A DNA stretch of 64,000 nt. Origin: Felis catus. Taxonomy: Eukaryota. Of this stretch, positions 23,283 to 35,349 are shown piece by piece (position 1 is the first letter of the stretch; each line of letters opens with the position of its first letter). The DNA is taken from positions 27,778,001-27,842,000 of the forward strand of contig NC_058368.1 of assembly GCF_018350175.1 (NCBI RefSeq). The letters are read 5' to 3'. A program made the translations under genes and the position numbers. The notes under the pieces are model-generated. The model was given only the letters and a program-made list of their open reading frames with translations. It was not told the DNA's origin and searched no databases.

Positions 23283-26200
23283 GTAGTCACAAGACCTTAT
23301 TGGTCACTGCTAATTGTTTGCTTGTAGTACTGGATAATTTTTAAGGTTTTCTGAACAGAAATACTTACATATATGAAAATTGTGAAAAAAACCCATTAAA
23401 TATAAAAGGTGAGATTTTGGTGTGTTTTAAGAGTATGGTGGGGTGTGGTCAAAACTTTGGGTCAAAACTCTCATGACACTTAGCCTCATGGGGTTTGCCA
23501 TCTAGTATGTGTGCTGGAGGGAGGCCAGCAGTTTGCAGAGAAGTTCTGATTTGCAAAATGCAATCACTGTCACTGCCATTTTTTCAAACCAAAGATGTAT
23601 AAAATTACAAATCATGTCCCTAGAATAATGAATAATAGATATCCATACAAAGTTATGAAACTGGCTTAAATGTTTACCTAAAAATACACCTGTTATACAA
23701 CGAAAGATACTCCACACATATATACAAATTTGTGAGGTATTCCAAATTATTCTGAGCAACAGAAATTAGGGAAATGAAGGCAGAGCTTCGTAAGAAGAGC
23801 GCTTAAAGGGTAATTCTCGTTAGAATATAAAACTTCTGGTATGTTGACTGAAAACATTCAATGTTGTGACTTGATGGTCATACCTGCCTTTCCTATATCT
23901 GCTCAGACGGGGCCAGTGGCTCCTCAGCAAGGGATCAGATGATGATCAGTGGTTAGCTCCAAGGCACCACCTCATTCCAGATCCTTTAAAGAAGCAAAAT
24001 AGACTATTCAGCTAGTTGGACACCATTACCTTCCCCATCATTATTTTCCAACTTGCCATATTGGTGGCTGATAAATCCTGTCCTTTTGTCCAGAATCTCT
24101 CCCAAAGCCATTTCTTCATTTGTACAATTAACTTGACTCCTAACTCCCATTTGATTTCCTGGATTCAGTTCAAATTATTTTCCTTATGCCTTTGCTGCAC
24201 AACATAATTTATTATAGCAACTGTGTGTAAAATCGTTTTATGAAATAGGCTGTATGTATCGTCACTGCTATAATTTGACCCTTCTAAGTGCTACCCTCCT
24301 TCCAACAGTGGTCCCCTCCTTCCTTGTTTGTTGTTTCTGCCAGCATGCAGTCTAAATGACTGTGTCACTCAACTGCTTTGTGCATAGGAGGTAATAATTA
24401 AATCATTGAAGGAAATAATGTAAGTTGTGTATTTAGTTATTAAGTTACTATGTAAAAAAGGAAGAAGCCAGAAAACATTTTTATTCCTTGGTGTTTTTTT
24501 AGTATCTTTGTTTTGACAAAGACCTCATAATGAAAGCACAATTAAATAATATTATAGTAACAGTCAGCAGTAATTAGCACATAGAAGCTAAGTCTGGTAT
24601 ATACTCGTGGTGTATTTTCAATAATGTCTGTCAAGGGATATGTAAATGTTAGTCTGTTTCTGTGACCTCTGAAGTCAATATCAAGTCCTGAGGTGTTTAG
24701 ATACTGAGGAGAATGTTGTGAAGTCAGCGTAGGATATGATTTATATAAAAATAACTTCTAGTGAATTTTAAATAGTACTTTATAAAGTTTGGGGGCATAT
24801 TTGGAACGTGAAAACCATTAAAAGTAGAACATTTCACAAAGAGAATGCTCAACAGATTAGAAAATCAGATCTGGGATTTAATTTTCAGGTTGAGCAGTTA
24901 TTTTAAACAGTGAGAATTAAGCTTTTTATTTCTTAATCTTGTTTTTCTTCTAGAGTTAGACAAATATTGATACATACATATTTTCTGGTTATTGACTGAG
25001 CGTATGTTTCTTTTGCATAAATTATTTCCCTTTACTTACTGTAGCTTTCAGTAAAATGAATAACTTTGACATACACATAATTCCATCATTAGAGTTTTCA
25101 GTATCAGTAAAATATATGAGGGTATTTACCTTATTTTTATTTCTCTTCTTTTTCCACTCTATTATTTACATGTCCACAGAAGGGCATTTCTTGATTGGTA
25201 GAGTCTCATTCCGTATCACTTCAGTGATTTAGCTTAAAAAAATAAGGATCATGTTTATGGTAAGAAGATACAGGAAAAAAAAAACATGTATAACATCACA
25301 TCTATTCATGTGTTTGTTCTTTTCATTCATTCAACAAATATCTAGTGAATTCCCGCTATGAAGTGAGTCATCAGCAAATAATCTAGGTTAGGTTGAGATG
25401 ATGGCACATTTATTTTGTTCTGTGTCTCTTTCATATTCTTTCATTACTCTGGGAACAGTAGGTTCTTCCTTAAGGCTACCCTTTCAGTATTTTACATTTG
25501 ATTCAGTTTCTTCTAGAAATGTTTTTATAATTCCCCTTTCCCCCTATACACTCAATATGTTCTTCTCTTTTCACTACTTTGTGTGTGTGTGTGTGTGTGT
25601 GTGTGTTTGTATGTGAACAGTTACACTTACTCTTGCCTTTCTAAAATAACCCCTTCCTTGATTCTGCTATCCTCAGAGATACTATCTTTTCTGTTTCTAC
25701 CAGAAAAAAAAAAGACAAAGACAGAGGTAATCTTCCTGTAATCACATATTTATTAGCCATTTTGCCCTTTGTTCCTTATGTTCTGGTTTATATTTAGCAA
25801 TGATCATACTGAAACTGCTCTCCAAAGGTAAATCCCTTCTGACCATTCAATTCAGTGGTCTTTTGCAATCCCTGTCTCTCTCTCTAACTCTGTAACAGTA
25901 TTTAATACCACTTTAAACTTTCCTTTTCTGGCTTTTTTTTTCACTCTATTACTCTGGTGGATCTACCTCAGAGTAATCTATCCCAGTATTCAGCCAGCCA
26001 GCCAATCAACAAACATGTATTGAGCTCCTATTATATTTGGAGTCTTTTGTAAGATGCTAGAGCAGGATAGACCAGAACCCTAACCTCCCAAAGTTTACTT
26101 TTTAATGGAGGAGATAGACAATTAAAAGGAGACAGAGAAATAAAACACTATATTTTTACATTTATAGTGATCAATCACTTTGTAGTAATTAATGCTGTGA

Positions 26201-26964
26201 AGGGATAAATTGTGTGTTGTGATAACTTCAGGGTGATGTATTGAATGCTATCGATTGCCTGCCTTTCTCTTAAAACACTGATTTTTTTTTTCCTCAGTAT
26301 ACATTTTACTTGGCATGGGCCATGTTTCAGAGAAGGCAGGCACTTCCTGGTTCCAGGGATCCAATCCCAAAGGGTCTAACTGCTCCTGGGAGTTCCATTC
26401 TCCTCAACGTGATTGGTTCAGCTATGGACATAGGAAATAGTTCCAACCAATGAGACTTACAGGAAACCTGTCATTTAGTTCAGATTTTTATCAATATGAA
26501 ATGGACTAGTCTTCCTATTCGGTGATTTTCAGCTTTATTTCTTTTTTTGTCTTTTTATTTTGTCTGATTCTAATATTTTCTCTGCTAGCTTTTTTGTTAG
26601 AATTTGGCGATATCTTTTTCTATCACTTAATTTGAACCTCTCTGTGTCATTTGGTTTAAATTATATTTCTAGTGATAAAAAGTGGCTGATTTTCTTTTTA
26701 CCCAGTATCATAGTCTCTTTTAATTTAGTATATTCTCATTTATTGTGATTACTAGTGCTTTTGCACATATTCTTGGTACATAATTTACTTTGTAGCTATA
26801 TTTTCTTGTTTTCTGTTATTTTTTTTTGACTCTTTGAATTTTCTCTGTTCCATTTATTTACCTTTCCTCTTTTATTTCCTCTCCTCCTTCCTTTCCCCTG
26901 GCTCCCTTCCCCAGTAGTAAGAAATTTCAGTGTTTTTATTATTTTATTTTTTACTTTCTATAAT

Positions 26965-26974
<10 letters not shown>

Positions 26975-26995
<21 letters not shown>

Positions 26996-27210
26996 TTAAA
27001 AAAATTTTTTAACGTTTATTTATTTTTGAGACAGAGAGGGACAGAGCATGAATGGGGAGGGTCAGAAAGAGGGAGACACAGAGTCCGAAACAGGCTCCAG
27101 GCTCTGAGCTGTCAGCACAGAGCCCGACGCGGGGCTTGAACTCATGGACCGCGAGATCATGACCTGAGCTGAAGTCGGCCGCTCAACCAACTGAGCTACC
27201 CAGGTGCCCC
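26975..27210 (-). mobile_element. CAN-SINE inserted in the L1 poly(A) tail
   Basis: (TTTA)n tail; TSD taatttatttattt at 26961 and 27211. Confidence 0.9.
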
Positions 27211-27614
27211 TAATTTATTTATTTTTTATAATTTACATCCAAGTTAGTTAGCACATGGTGCAACAATGATTTCAGGAGTAGATTCCTTAAGCCCATTACC
27301 CATTTAGCCCACTCCCCCCCCCCACACACACACAACCCCTCCAGCAACCCTCTGTTTGTTCTCTATATTTAAGAGTCTCTTATCTTTTATCTTCTTCCCT
27401 GTTTTTATATTATTTTTGCTTCCCTTCCCTTATGTTCATCTGTTTTGTATCTTAAAGTCCTCATATGAGTGAAGTCATATGATATTTGTCCTTTTCTGAC
27501 TAATTTCTCTTAGCATAATACCTTCTAGTTCCATCCATGTAGTTGCAAATGGCAAGATTTCATTCTTTTTGATTGCCAAGTAATACTCCATTGTGTGTGT
27601 GTGTGTGTGTGTGT

Positions 27615-27654
<40 letters not shown>

Positions 27655-30204
27655 CACATCTTCTTTATCCATTCATACATTGATGGATATGTGGGGTCTC
27701 TCCATACCTTGGCTATTGTTGATATTTCTGCTATAAACATTGGGGTGTATGTGCCCCATCGAAACAGCATACCTGTATCCCTTGGATAAATACCTTGTAG
27801 TGCAATTGCTGGGTCATAGGGTGGTTCTATTTTTAATTTTTTGAGGAAACTCCATACTGTTTTCCAGAGTGGCTGCACCAGCTTGCATTGCCACCAGCAG
27901 TGCAAAAGAGATCCTCTTTTTCCGCATCCTCCCCAACATCTGTTGTTGCCTGACTTGTTAATGTTAGCCATTCTGACAGGTGTTAGGTGGTATCTCATTG
28001 TGGTTTTGATTTGTATTTCCCTGATGATGAGTGATGTTGAGCGTTTTTTCATGTGTCGGTTGGCCATCTGGATGTCTTCTTTGGAGAAGTGTCTATTCAT
28101 GTCTTTTGCCCATTTCTTCCCTGGATTGTTTGTTTTTTGGGTGTTGAGTTTAATAACTTCTCTATAGATTTTGGATACTAACCCTTTATCTGATATGTCC
28201 TTTGCAAATATCTTCTCCCATTCTGTAAGTTGCCTTTTAGTTTTGCTGATTGCTTCCTTGGCTTTGTGGAAGCTTTTTATTTTGATGAGGTCCCAGTAGT
28301 TCATTTTTGTTTTGGTTCCCCTTGCCTCTGGAGACATATTGAATAAGAAGTTGCTGCAGCCAGGGTCAAAGAGGTTTTTGCCTGGTTTCTCCTCGAGGAT
28401 TTTGATGGATTCCTATCTTACATTTAGGTCTGTCATCCATTTTGAGTTTATTTTTGTGTATGGTGTAAGAAAGTGGCCCAGGTTCATTCTTCTATGTCGC
28501 TGCCCAGTTTTCCCAGCACCACTTGCTGAAGAGACTGTCTTTATTCCATTGGATATTCTTTCCTGCTTTGTCAAAGATAAGTTGGCCATACGTTTGTGGG
28601 TCCATTTCTGTGTTCTCTATTCTGTTCCATTGATCTGAGTGTCTGTTTTTGTGCCAGTACAATACTGTCTTGATGATTACAGCTTTGTAATACAGTTTGA
28701 AGTCCGGGATTGTGACACCTCCAGCTTTGGTTTTCTTTTTCAAGACTTCTTTGGCTATTCAGGGTCTTTTCTGGTTCCATACAAATTTTAGGATTGTTTG
28801 TACTAGCTCTGTGAAGAATGCTAGTGTTATTTTGATAGGGATTGCATTGAATATGTAGATTGCTTTGGGTAGTATTGACATTTTAACAATATTTGTTCTT
28901 CCTATCCAGGAGCATGGAATATTTTTCCTTTTGTGTGTGTGTGTGTGTGTGTGTCTTCTTCAATTTCTCTCATAAGCTTTCTATAGTTTTTAGTATGTAG
29001 ATTTTTCACTTATTTGGTTAGATTTATTCCTAGATATTTTGTGGGTTTTGGTGCAATTGTAAATGGGATCAATTCCTTGGTTTCTCTTTCTGTTGCTGCA
29101 TTAATGGTTTATAGGAATGCAACAGATTTTTGTGCATTGATTTTATATCCTGAAACTTTGCTGAATTAATGGATCAGTTCTAGCAGTTTTTTGGTGACAT
29201 CTTTTGGGTTTTTCATATTGAGTATCATGTCATCTGCGAAGAGTGAAAGTTTGACTTCCTCCTGGCCGATTTGGATGCCTTTTATTTCTTTGTGTTGTCT
29301 GATTGCTGAGGCTAAGGCTTCCAATACTATGTTGAATAACAGTGGTGAGAGTGGGCATCCCCGTCTTGTTCCTGACCTTATGGAACTGAGACCTTAAGCT
29401 CTTAGTTTTTCCCCATTGAGGATGGTATTAGCAGTGGGTCTTCCATATTTGGCTTTTATGATCTCGAGGTATGGTCCTTCTATCCCTACTTTCTTGAGGA
29501 TTTGTATCAAGAAAGGATGCTGTATTTTGTCAAATGCTTTCTCTGCATCTATTGAGAGGATCATGTGGTTCTTGTCCTTTCTTTTATTGATGTGATGAAT
29601 CACAGTAATTGTTTTGTGGATATTGAACCAGCCCTGCATCCCAGGTATAAATTCCACTTGGTCATGGTGAATAATTTTTTTAATGTACTGTTGAATGCAG
29701 TTGGCTAGTATCTTGTTGAGGGTTTTTGCATCCATGTTCATCAGGAAAATTAGTCTATAGTTCTCCTTTTTAGTGAGGTCTTTGTCTGGTTTTGGAATCA
29801 AGGTAATGCTGGCTTCATAGAAAGAGTTTGGAAGTTTTCCTTTCATTTCTAATTTTTGGAACAGCTTCAAGAGAATAGGTATTAAGTCTTCTTTAAATGT
29901 TTGGTAGAATTCCCCTGGAAAGCCATCTGGCCCTGGACTCTTGTTTTTTGGCAGATTTTTGATTACTAATTTGATTTCCTTACTGGTTATGGGTCTGTTC
30001 AAATTTTCTATTTCTTCCTGTTTCAGTTTTGGTAGTGTATATGTTTCTAGGAATTTGTCCATTTCTTCCAGATTGTCCATTTTATTGGCATATAATTGCT
30101 CATAATATTCTCTTGTTATTGTTTGTATTTCTGCTGTGTTGGCTGTGATCTCTCCTCTTTAAATCTTGCTTTTTATTTATTAGGGTCCTTTCCTTTTTCT
30201 TTCT

Positions 30205-30432
30205 TAATTTTTTTTTTTAATTTTTTTTTCAACGTTTATTTATTTTTGGGACAGAGAGAGACAGAGCATGAACGGGGGAGGGGCAGAGAGAGAGGGAGAC
30301 ACAGAATCCGAAGCAGGCTCCAGGCTCTGAGCCATCAGCCCAGAGCCCGACGTGGGGCTCGAACTCACGGACCGCGAGATCGTGACCTGGCTGAAGTCGG
30401 AGGCTTAATCGACTGCGCCACCCAGGCGCCCC
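30205..30432 (-). mobile_element. CAN-SINE (young type) inside L1 ORF2
   Basis: Near-consensus sequence. Confidence 0.95.
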
Positions 30433-30491
30433 ATTTTTTTTTTTTTAAACAACAAGCACATGTCCACAGCCCAGCTTAAGACAGTGCATTA

Positions 30492-30713
30492 TTTTTTTTT
30501 TTTTATTTTCAACGTTTTATTTTATTTTTGGGACAGAGAGAGACAGAGCATGAATGGGGGAGGTGCAGAGAGAGAGGGAGACACAGAATCGGAAACAGGC
30601 TCCAGGCTCTGAGCCATCAGCCCAGAGCCCAATGCGGGGCTCGAACTCACGGACCGCGAGATCGTGACCTGGCTGAAGTCGGACGCTTAACCGACTGCGC
30701 CACCCAGGCGCCC
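30492..30713 (-). mobile_element. CAN-SINE (young type) inside L1 ORF2, with a 45-nt unique 3' extension
   Basis: Near-consensus; shares one outer TSD with the adjacent SINE. Confidence 0.95.
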
Positions 30714-33700
30714 TCCTTTTTCTTTCTGATCAAACTGGCTAGGGGTTTATCAATTTGGTTAATTCTTTGAAAGAACCAGCTCCTGGTTTCATTGATATGG
30801 TCTATCTTTTTTTTTTTTTTTTTTTTTTTTTTTTGGTTTTGGTAGCATTGATTTCTACTCTAATCTTTATTATTTCCTGTCTTCTGCTGGTTTTGGGTTT
30901 TATTTGCTATTATTTTTCCAGCTTTTTAAGGTGTAAGGTTAGTTGTGTATTTGTGACCTTTCTTCCTTCTGTAGGAAGGCCTGGATTGCTGTAAACTTCC
31001 CTCTTATAACTGCCTTTGCTGTGTCCCAGAGGTTTTGGGCTGTGGTGTTATCATTTTAATTGGGTCTATGTACTTTTTAATTTCTTCTTTAACTTCTTGG
31101 TTAGACCATTCATTTCTTAGTAGGTTGGTCTTTAGTTGCCAAGTATTTGTTACCTTTCCACACTTTTTCTTGTGGTTGATTTTGAGTTTCATAGCATTGT
31201 GGTCTGAAAATATGCATGGTATGATCTCAATCTTTTTGTACTTGTTGAGGGCTGCTTTGTGTCCCAGTATGTGATCTATTCTGGAGAATGTTCCAAGGGC
31301 ACTGGAGAAGAATGTGCTGCTTCCACTGCTTTAGGAAGAAGAGTTCTGAATATATCTGTTAAGTCCATCTGGCCCAGTGTGTCATTCAAAGCCATTGTTT
31401 CCTTGTTGATTTTCTGTTTAGATGATCTGTCCATTGTTGTAAGTGGGGTGTTGAAGTCCCCTACTATGATGGTATTATTATCAATGAGTTTCTTTATGTT
31501 TGTGATTAATTATATATTTGGGTGCTTTCACATTTGGAGCATAAATGTTTACAATTGTTAGGTCTTCTTGGAGGATAGACCCCTTAATTATGATATAATG
31601 CCCTTCTTCATCTCTTTTTACAGTCTTTGTTTTAAAGTCTAGATTGTCTGATATAAGTATGGCTAGTCTGGCTTTCTTTTGGTGACCATTAGCATGATAG
31701 ATGGTTCTCCATCCCCTTACTTTCAATCTGAAAGTGTCTTTAGGTCTAAAGTGGGTCTCTTGTAAACAGCACATAAATGGATCTTGTTTCCTTATCCATT
31801 CTGTTGCTTCCCACCGTCCCCCCCCCCCCAGTCTTTTCTCCCTTCAGAGAGTCCCCCTTAACATCTCTTGCAGGGCTGGTTTAGTGGCTATGAACTCCTT
31901 TAATTTTTGTTTGTCTGGGAAACATTTAATCTCCCCCTCTATTTTGAATGACAGCCTTGCTGGGTAAAGAATTCTTGGCTGCATATTTTTCTGATTCAGC
32001 ACATTTGAGTATATCCTGCCACTTCTTTCTGGCCTGCCAGGTTTCTGTGGATAGGCCTGCTCTGAACCTCATCTGTCTTCCCTTGTAGGTTAAGGACTGT
32101 TTTTCCCTTGCTGCTTTCATGATTCTTTCCTTGACTGAGTATTTTGTGAATTTGCCAGTGATATGCCTGTTGATGTTTGGTTTTTGTTGGCTCTAATGGG
32201 AGTCCTCTGTGCTTCCTGGATTTTGATGTCTGTGTCTTTACCCAGGTTAGGAAAATTTTCCTCTATGATTTTCCCTTCTACCCCTTTTTCTCTCTCTTCA
32301 TTTTCTGGGGCTCCTATGATTCTGATGTTGTTCCTTTTTAATGTCACTGATTTCTCTAATTCTTAAATCATGCTGTTTTGCCTTAGTCTCCCTCTTTTTT
32401 TTCTGCTTTATTGTTCTCCATGAGTTTGTCCTCTCTATCACTGATTCGCTGTTCTGCCCTATCCATCCTTGCCACTGCAGCATCCATGGAGATTGCAGCT
32501 CAGTTATAGCATGTTTTATTTCATCTTGATTAGCTTTTACTTCTTTTATCTCCACAGAAAGGGATTCTAATCTGTTTTCAACCCCAGTAGTATTCTTATT
32601 ATTGTGATTCTAAATTCTGGTTCAGACATCTTGCTTGTATCTGTGTTGATTAAGTCCTTGGCTTTCATTGCTTCTTCCTATTCTTTTTTTTGGAGTGAAT
32701 TCCTTCATTTTGTCATTTTGAAGGAAGAAAAGGAATTAATAAGGTAAAAAAAAATTAAAATTAAAAAATTAAAAACAACACAAAATAAATCAAATAAAGG
32801 ATGCTTGATCTTAGGTGTGTTATGGTCTGGTTGTTGAAAGGAGCTTGATAGATTAGAGAATAAAGGGAAAGATAAGAAAAGAAAAAAAAAAAGGAAAATG
32901 TTTGAAAATTTGAAAAAATGAATACAGTGTAATAGAATAAAATGAAATTGTGGCAGTATAAAAATAGAATTTGAAATATTTACAAAAAAGGAAAACATTT
33001 AGTGGAAAAAAATTAAAGAAAAATATTTTTAGTAGAAATGGAAATAAAAAATAAATTTTTTCTCTTTTTGTATTCAAGTATAAGAAAAGAAAAGAAAAAA
33101 AATTGAATAGACGGACCAGGAAACAAACTGAAGTACAATTGAAATTACATCAATTTCCCCTAGAAGTCGAACTATGAAGCACTTTGTAGTCCATAAACTA
33201 AGCAGGGTGGAGAGACTTGTGTTGTTCCTGAAGAGCAAGATTGGCCAAGTTGGGCAGGGCTTAGTGTAATGGCTCCATTCTCCACTAGATGGTGCTGCTC
33301 AGCTTACTGGGGTGGATTGTTGTGGCACCTGTAAGATGTGTATGTGCATGTGTGGGAGGGGGAAAAATGGCATCACCCAGCTACCCAGTCTCTAGTATTA
33401 GAACTCTTTGCTCTCCCCAACCAGCAATCATGCTCTTTTGTCTCTGGCTTCCATCCACTCCCTGCTTCTACACTGTCTGTGACCAATCTGTTAGGCTGCC
33501 AGGCAGCACTTCCCTCCTAAGTTTTATTTCAGCTGTGGCTGAGTTTCCCAACCCCTCATCTCTGAGGGACTGTGGCTTTGACGTGCTCAGTCCCTCTATG
33601 GGAGGGTCTCACTAAGCAATAGCCGAGTACCAGCCAACCCCCAGGAACATTTGGGAGACCGCGCTGCTGATGTCCAGAGACTGCGGCTGGGTGCTAGCCC

Positions 33701-35349
33701 ACTCAAGAAAAAGTTCCACGATCATGTAGCAGCGGCATTTCGGGGGTTATGGAAGATCTCAACACACATCTGGTGCCAGGTTTCCCCCTTAATGTCCTTG
33801 TTCCATCTCCAGGTAATGTGGCTGTTCTCTGGGGTTCACTGGGACCTTTGCCTGTGGGGATGCTGAATAGCCTCTACCAGATACCCTCCCAGCAGGGCAA
33901 CTGCCTCTGCCCGTGTGGCCTGAGGACCCCTCGGACCTGGCTCTCTGCTCCTGGAGATTTGCCCTTCCCACCAGAGCACCACCAGTATCAAGCTGCAGAG
34001 TTTCAGACTCTGCACTCCCTGTTTATAGAGTCTTAATGGGATTTAAACTCTCTCCTTTCTCCTTTCTCCCTTTTTTTTTTTCCAGTCCCTTGTGTATTCT
34101 TTCTTTTCTCTCTAGCTGCTTTCGGGTGAGGGGCGGGGGGTGGTGAGGGGGGTGCTTTCCATGCTCTCCCCTCTCTCTGTCCTCTCTCTGCAAGCAAAAA
34201 CAGGTCCCTGCCCTCTGCAGCTGTCTCCCCTGGTTCACCTCTCCATGCTGCTGGTACCTGCAGAGTTCTGTGGTTCAGGTTGTGCGGATTGTTGTGTTTA
34301 TCCTCAAATCAGTTTTCTAGGTGTGCAGGATGGTTTAGTGTTGATCTGGCTGTATTTCAGGGATGAGAGGCGCAAAAAAAAACCTTCCATGATGTTCTGC
34401 TATCTTGGCCCCTCCACCTCAGTGTTTTTATTTTTAATCTTGTATGACCTTTGACCCATTTAATTTCAAAATATATATCTCACTTTAGGGAAATTTCTCT
34501 TATGTTTATTCTACTATATCGTCTCTGTTCTTTATTATTGGGATGTGTATCAAATGGATTTTGGAAATCTGTTCTTTATATCTCTTAATTGTTTTCCTGA
34601 TACTTTCTGTCCGTTTGGCCTTTTTCATTGTGTTCTGGGAGAAATCTTTGATTAGATCATCCAGCTCACTAATTTATTTCACAAGTTTCCATTCTGCTTA
34701 TTTGGCACATGTATTGAATTTGTTTCTTTACCAAGATTGCTGATTTGTTCATGACCATGTTATGTCTTACCAGTGCCATATTCTTTCTAGTCTCTTCATT
34801 GAGGGTAATTACACCAACATGAAAGTTTTTGATTTACTATTTTAGCTGTACTCTTTTCCTTTCCATTTTAAGTTTTATCTCCTGTGGTTTTCTTTCTTAA
34901 ATGTACGATTCTTGGTTATCTTCTTTCTTTGGGTGTGCTGTCAAGTGGGGTATGTGGGAGCTCGGCTTCTGGGAGGAGTAGCCTCTTTTCCTCCTATAGT
35001 CAGTAGGCGTCAGGGACATCGTCCCGTTTCTCTGAGCCCGGACACCCCTCCTCTATTCACTGGTTAGCCAGTGGGCCATGTCCGTGCTGTCTCCTGTGTA
35101 GTGCAAGTGTGGGAGGAGAAAGGGCCCAGTTCCCAGCTGCTCTCACTGCACTTCTCCAACTCATCCTCTTAATGACCACCTCAGTATTCCCTCCTGGAGC
35201 TCTTTCAGAAGCACAGCTAACTCAGTCCAGTTTATCCTACACACTTGTTTCCCTGCGTAAGTTATCCTGCCTCCTTCCTACCATTCAGGAGCTTAAACTT
35301 CTGATAGGCCAGTTGCACGTACCTATTTTGCATGTTTATTGACTTCTAT

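Larger units (their letters stand above)
26941..34418 (-). mobile_element. Full-length, inactivated carnivore L1, antisense in the EPSTI1 intron (contains 3 SINEs)
   Basis: 5' end ggaggggccaagatagcag; ORF1 31844-32716 (TGA at codon 4, frameshifts); ORF2 fragments ([23 protein letters not shown]-like C-terminus); 14-bp TSD tcagtgtttttatt (26927-26940 and 34419-34432). Confidence 0.93.

Noticed and set aside
27525..32716. L1 ORF1/ORF2 ORFs (270 aa, 228 aa and others) as functional genes
   Set aside because: Fragments of one L1 with a stop at ORF1 codon 4, frameshifts, a deleted ORF2 start and SINE insertions.
23024..35023. Shared 13-mer cagggacatcgtc at about 23024 and 35011
   Set aside because: Exact 13-mer matches are expected by chance in 64 kb, and the similarity does not extend.
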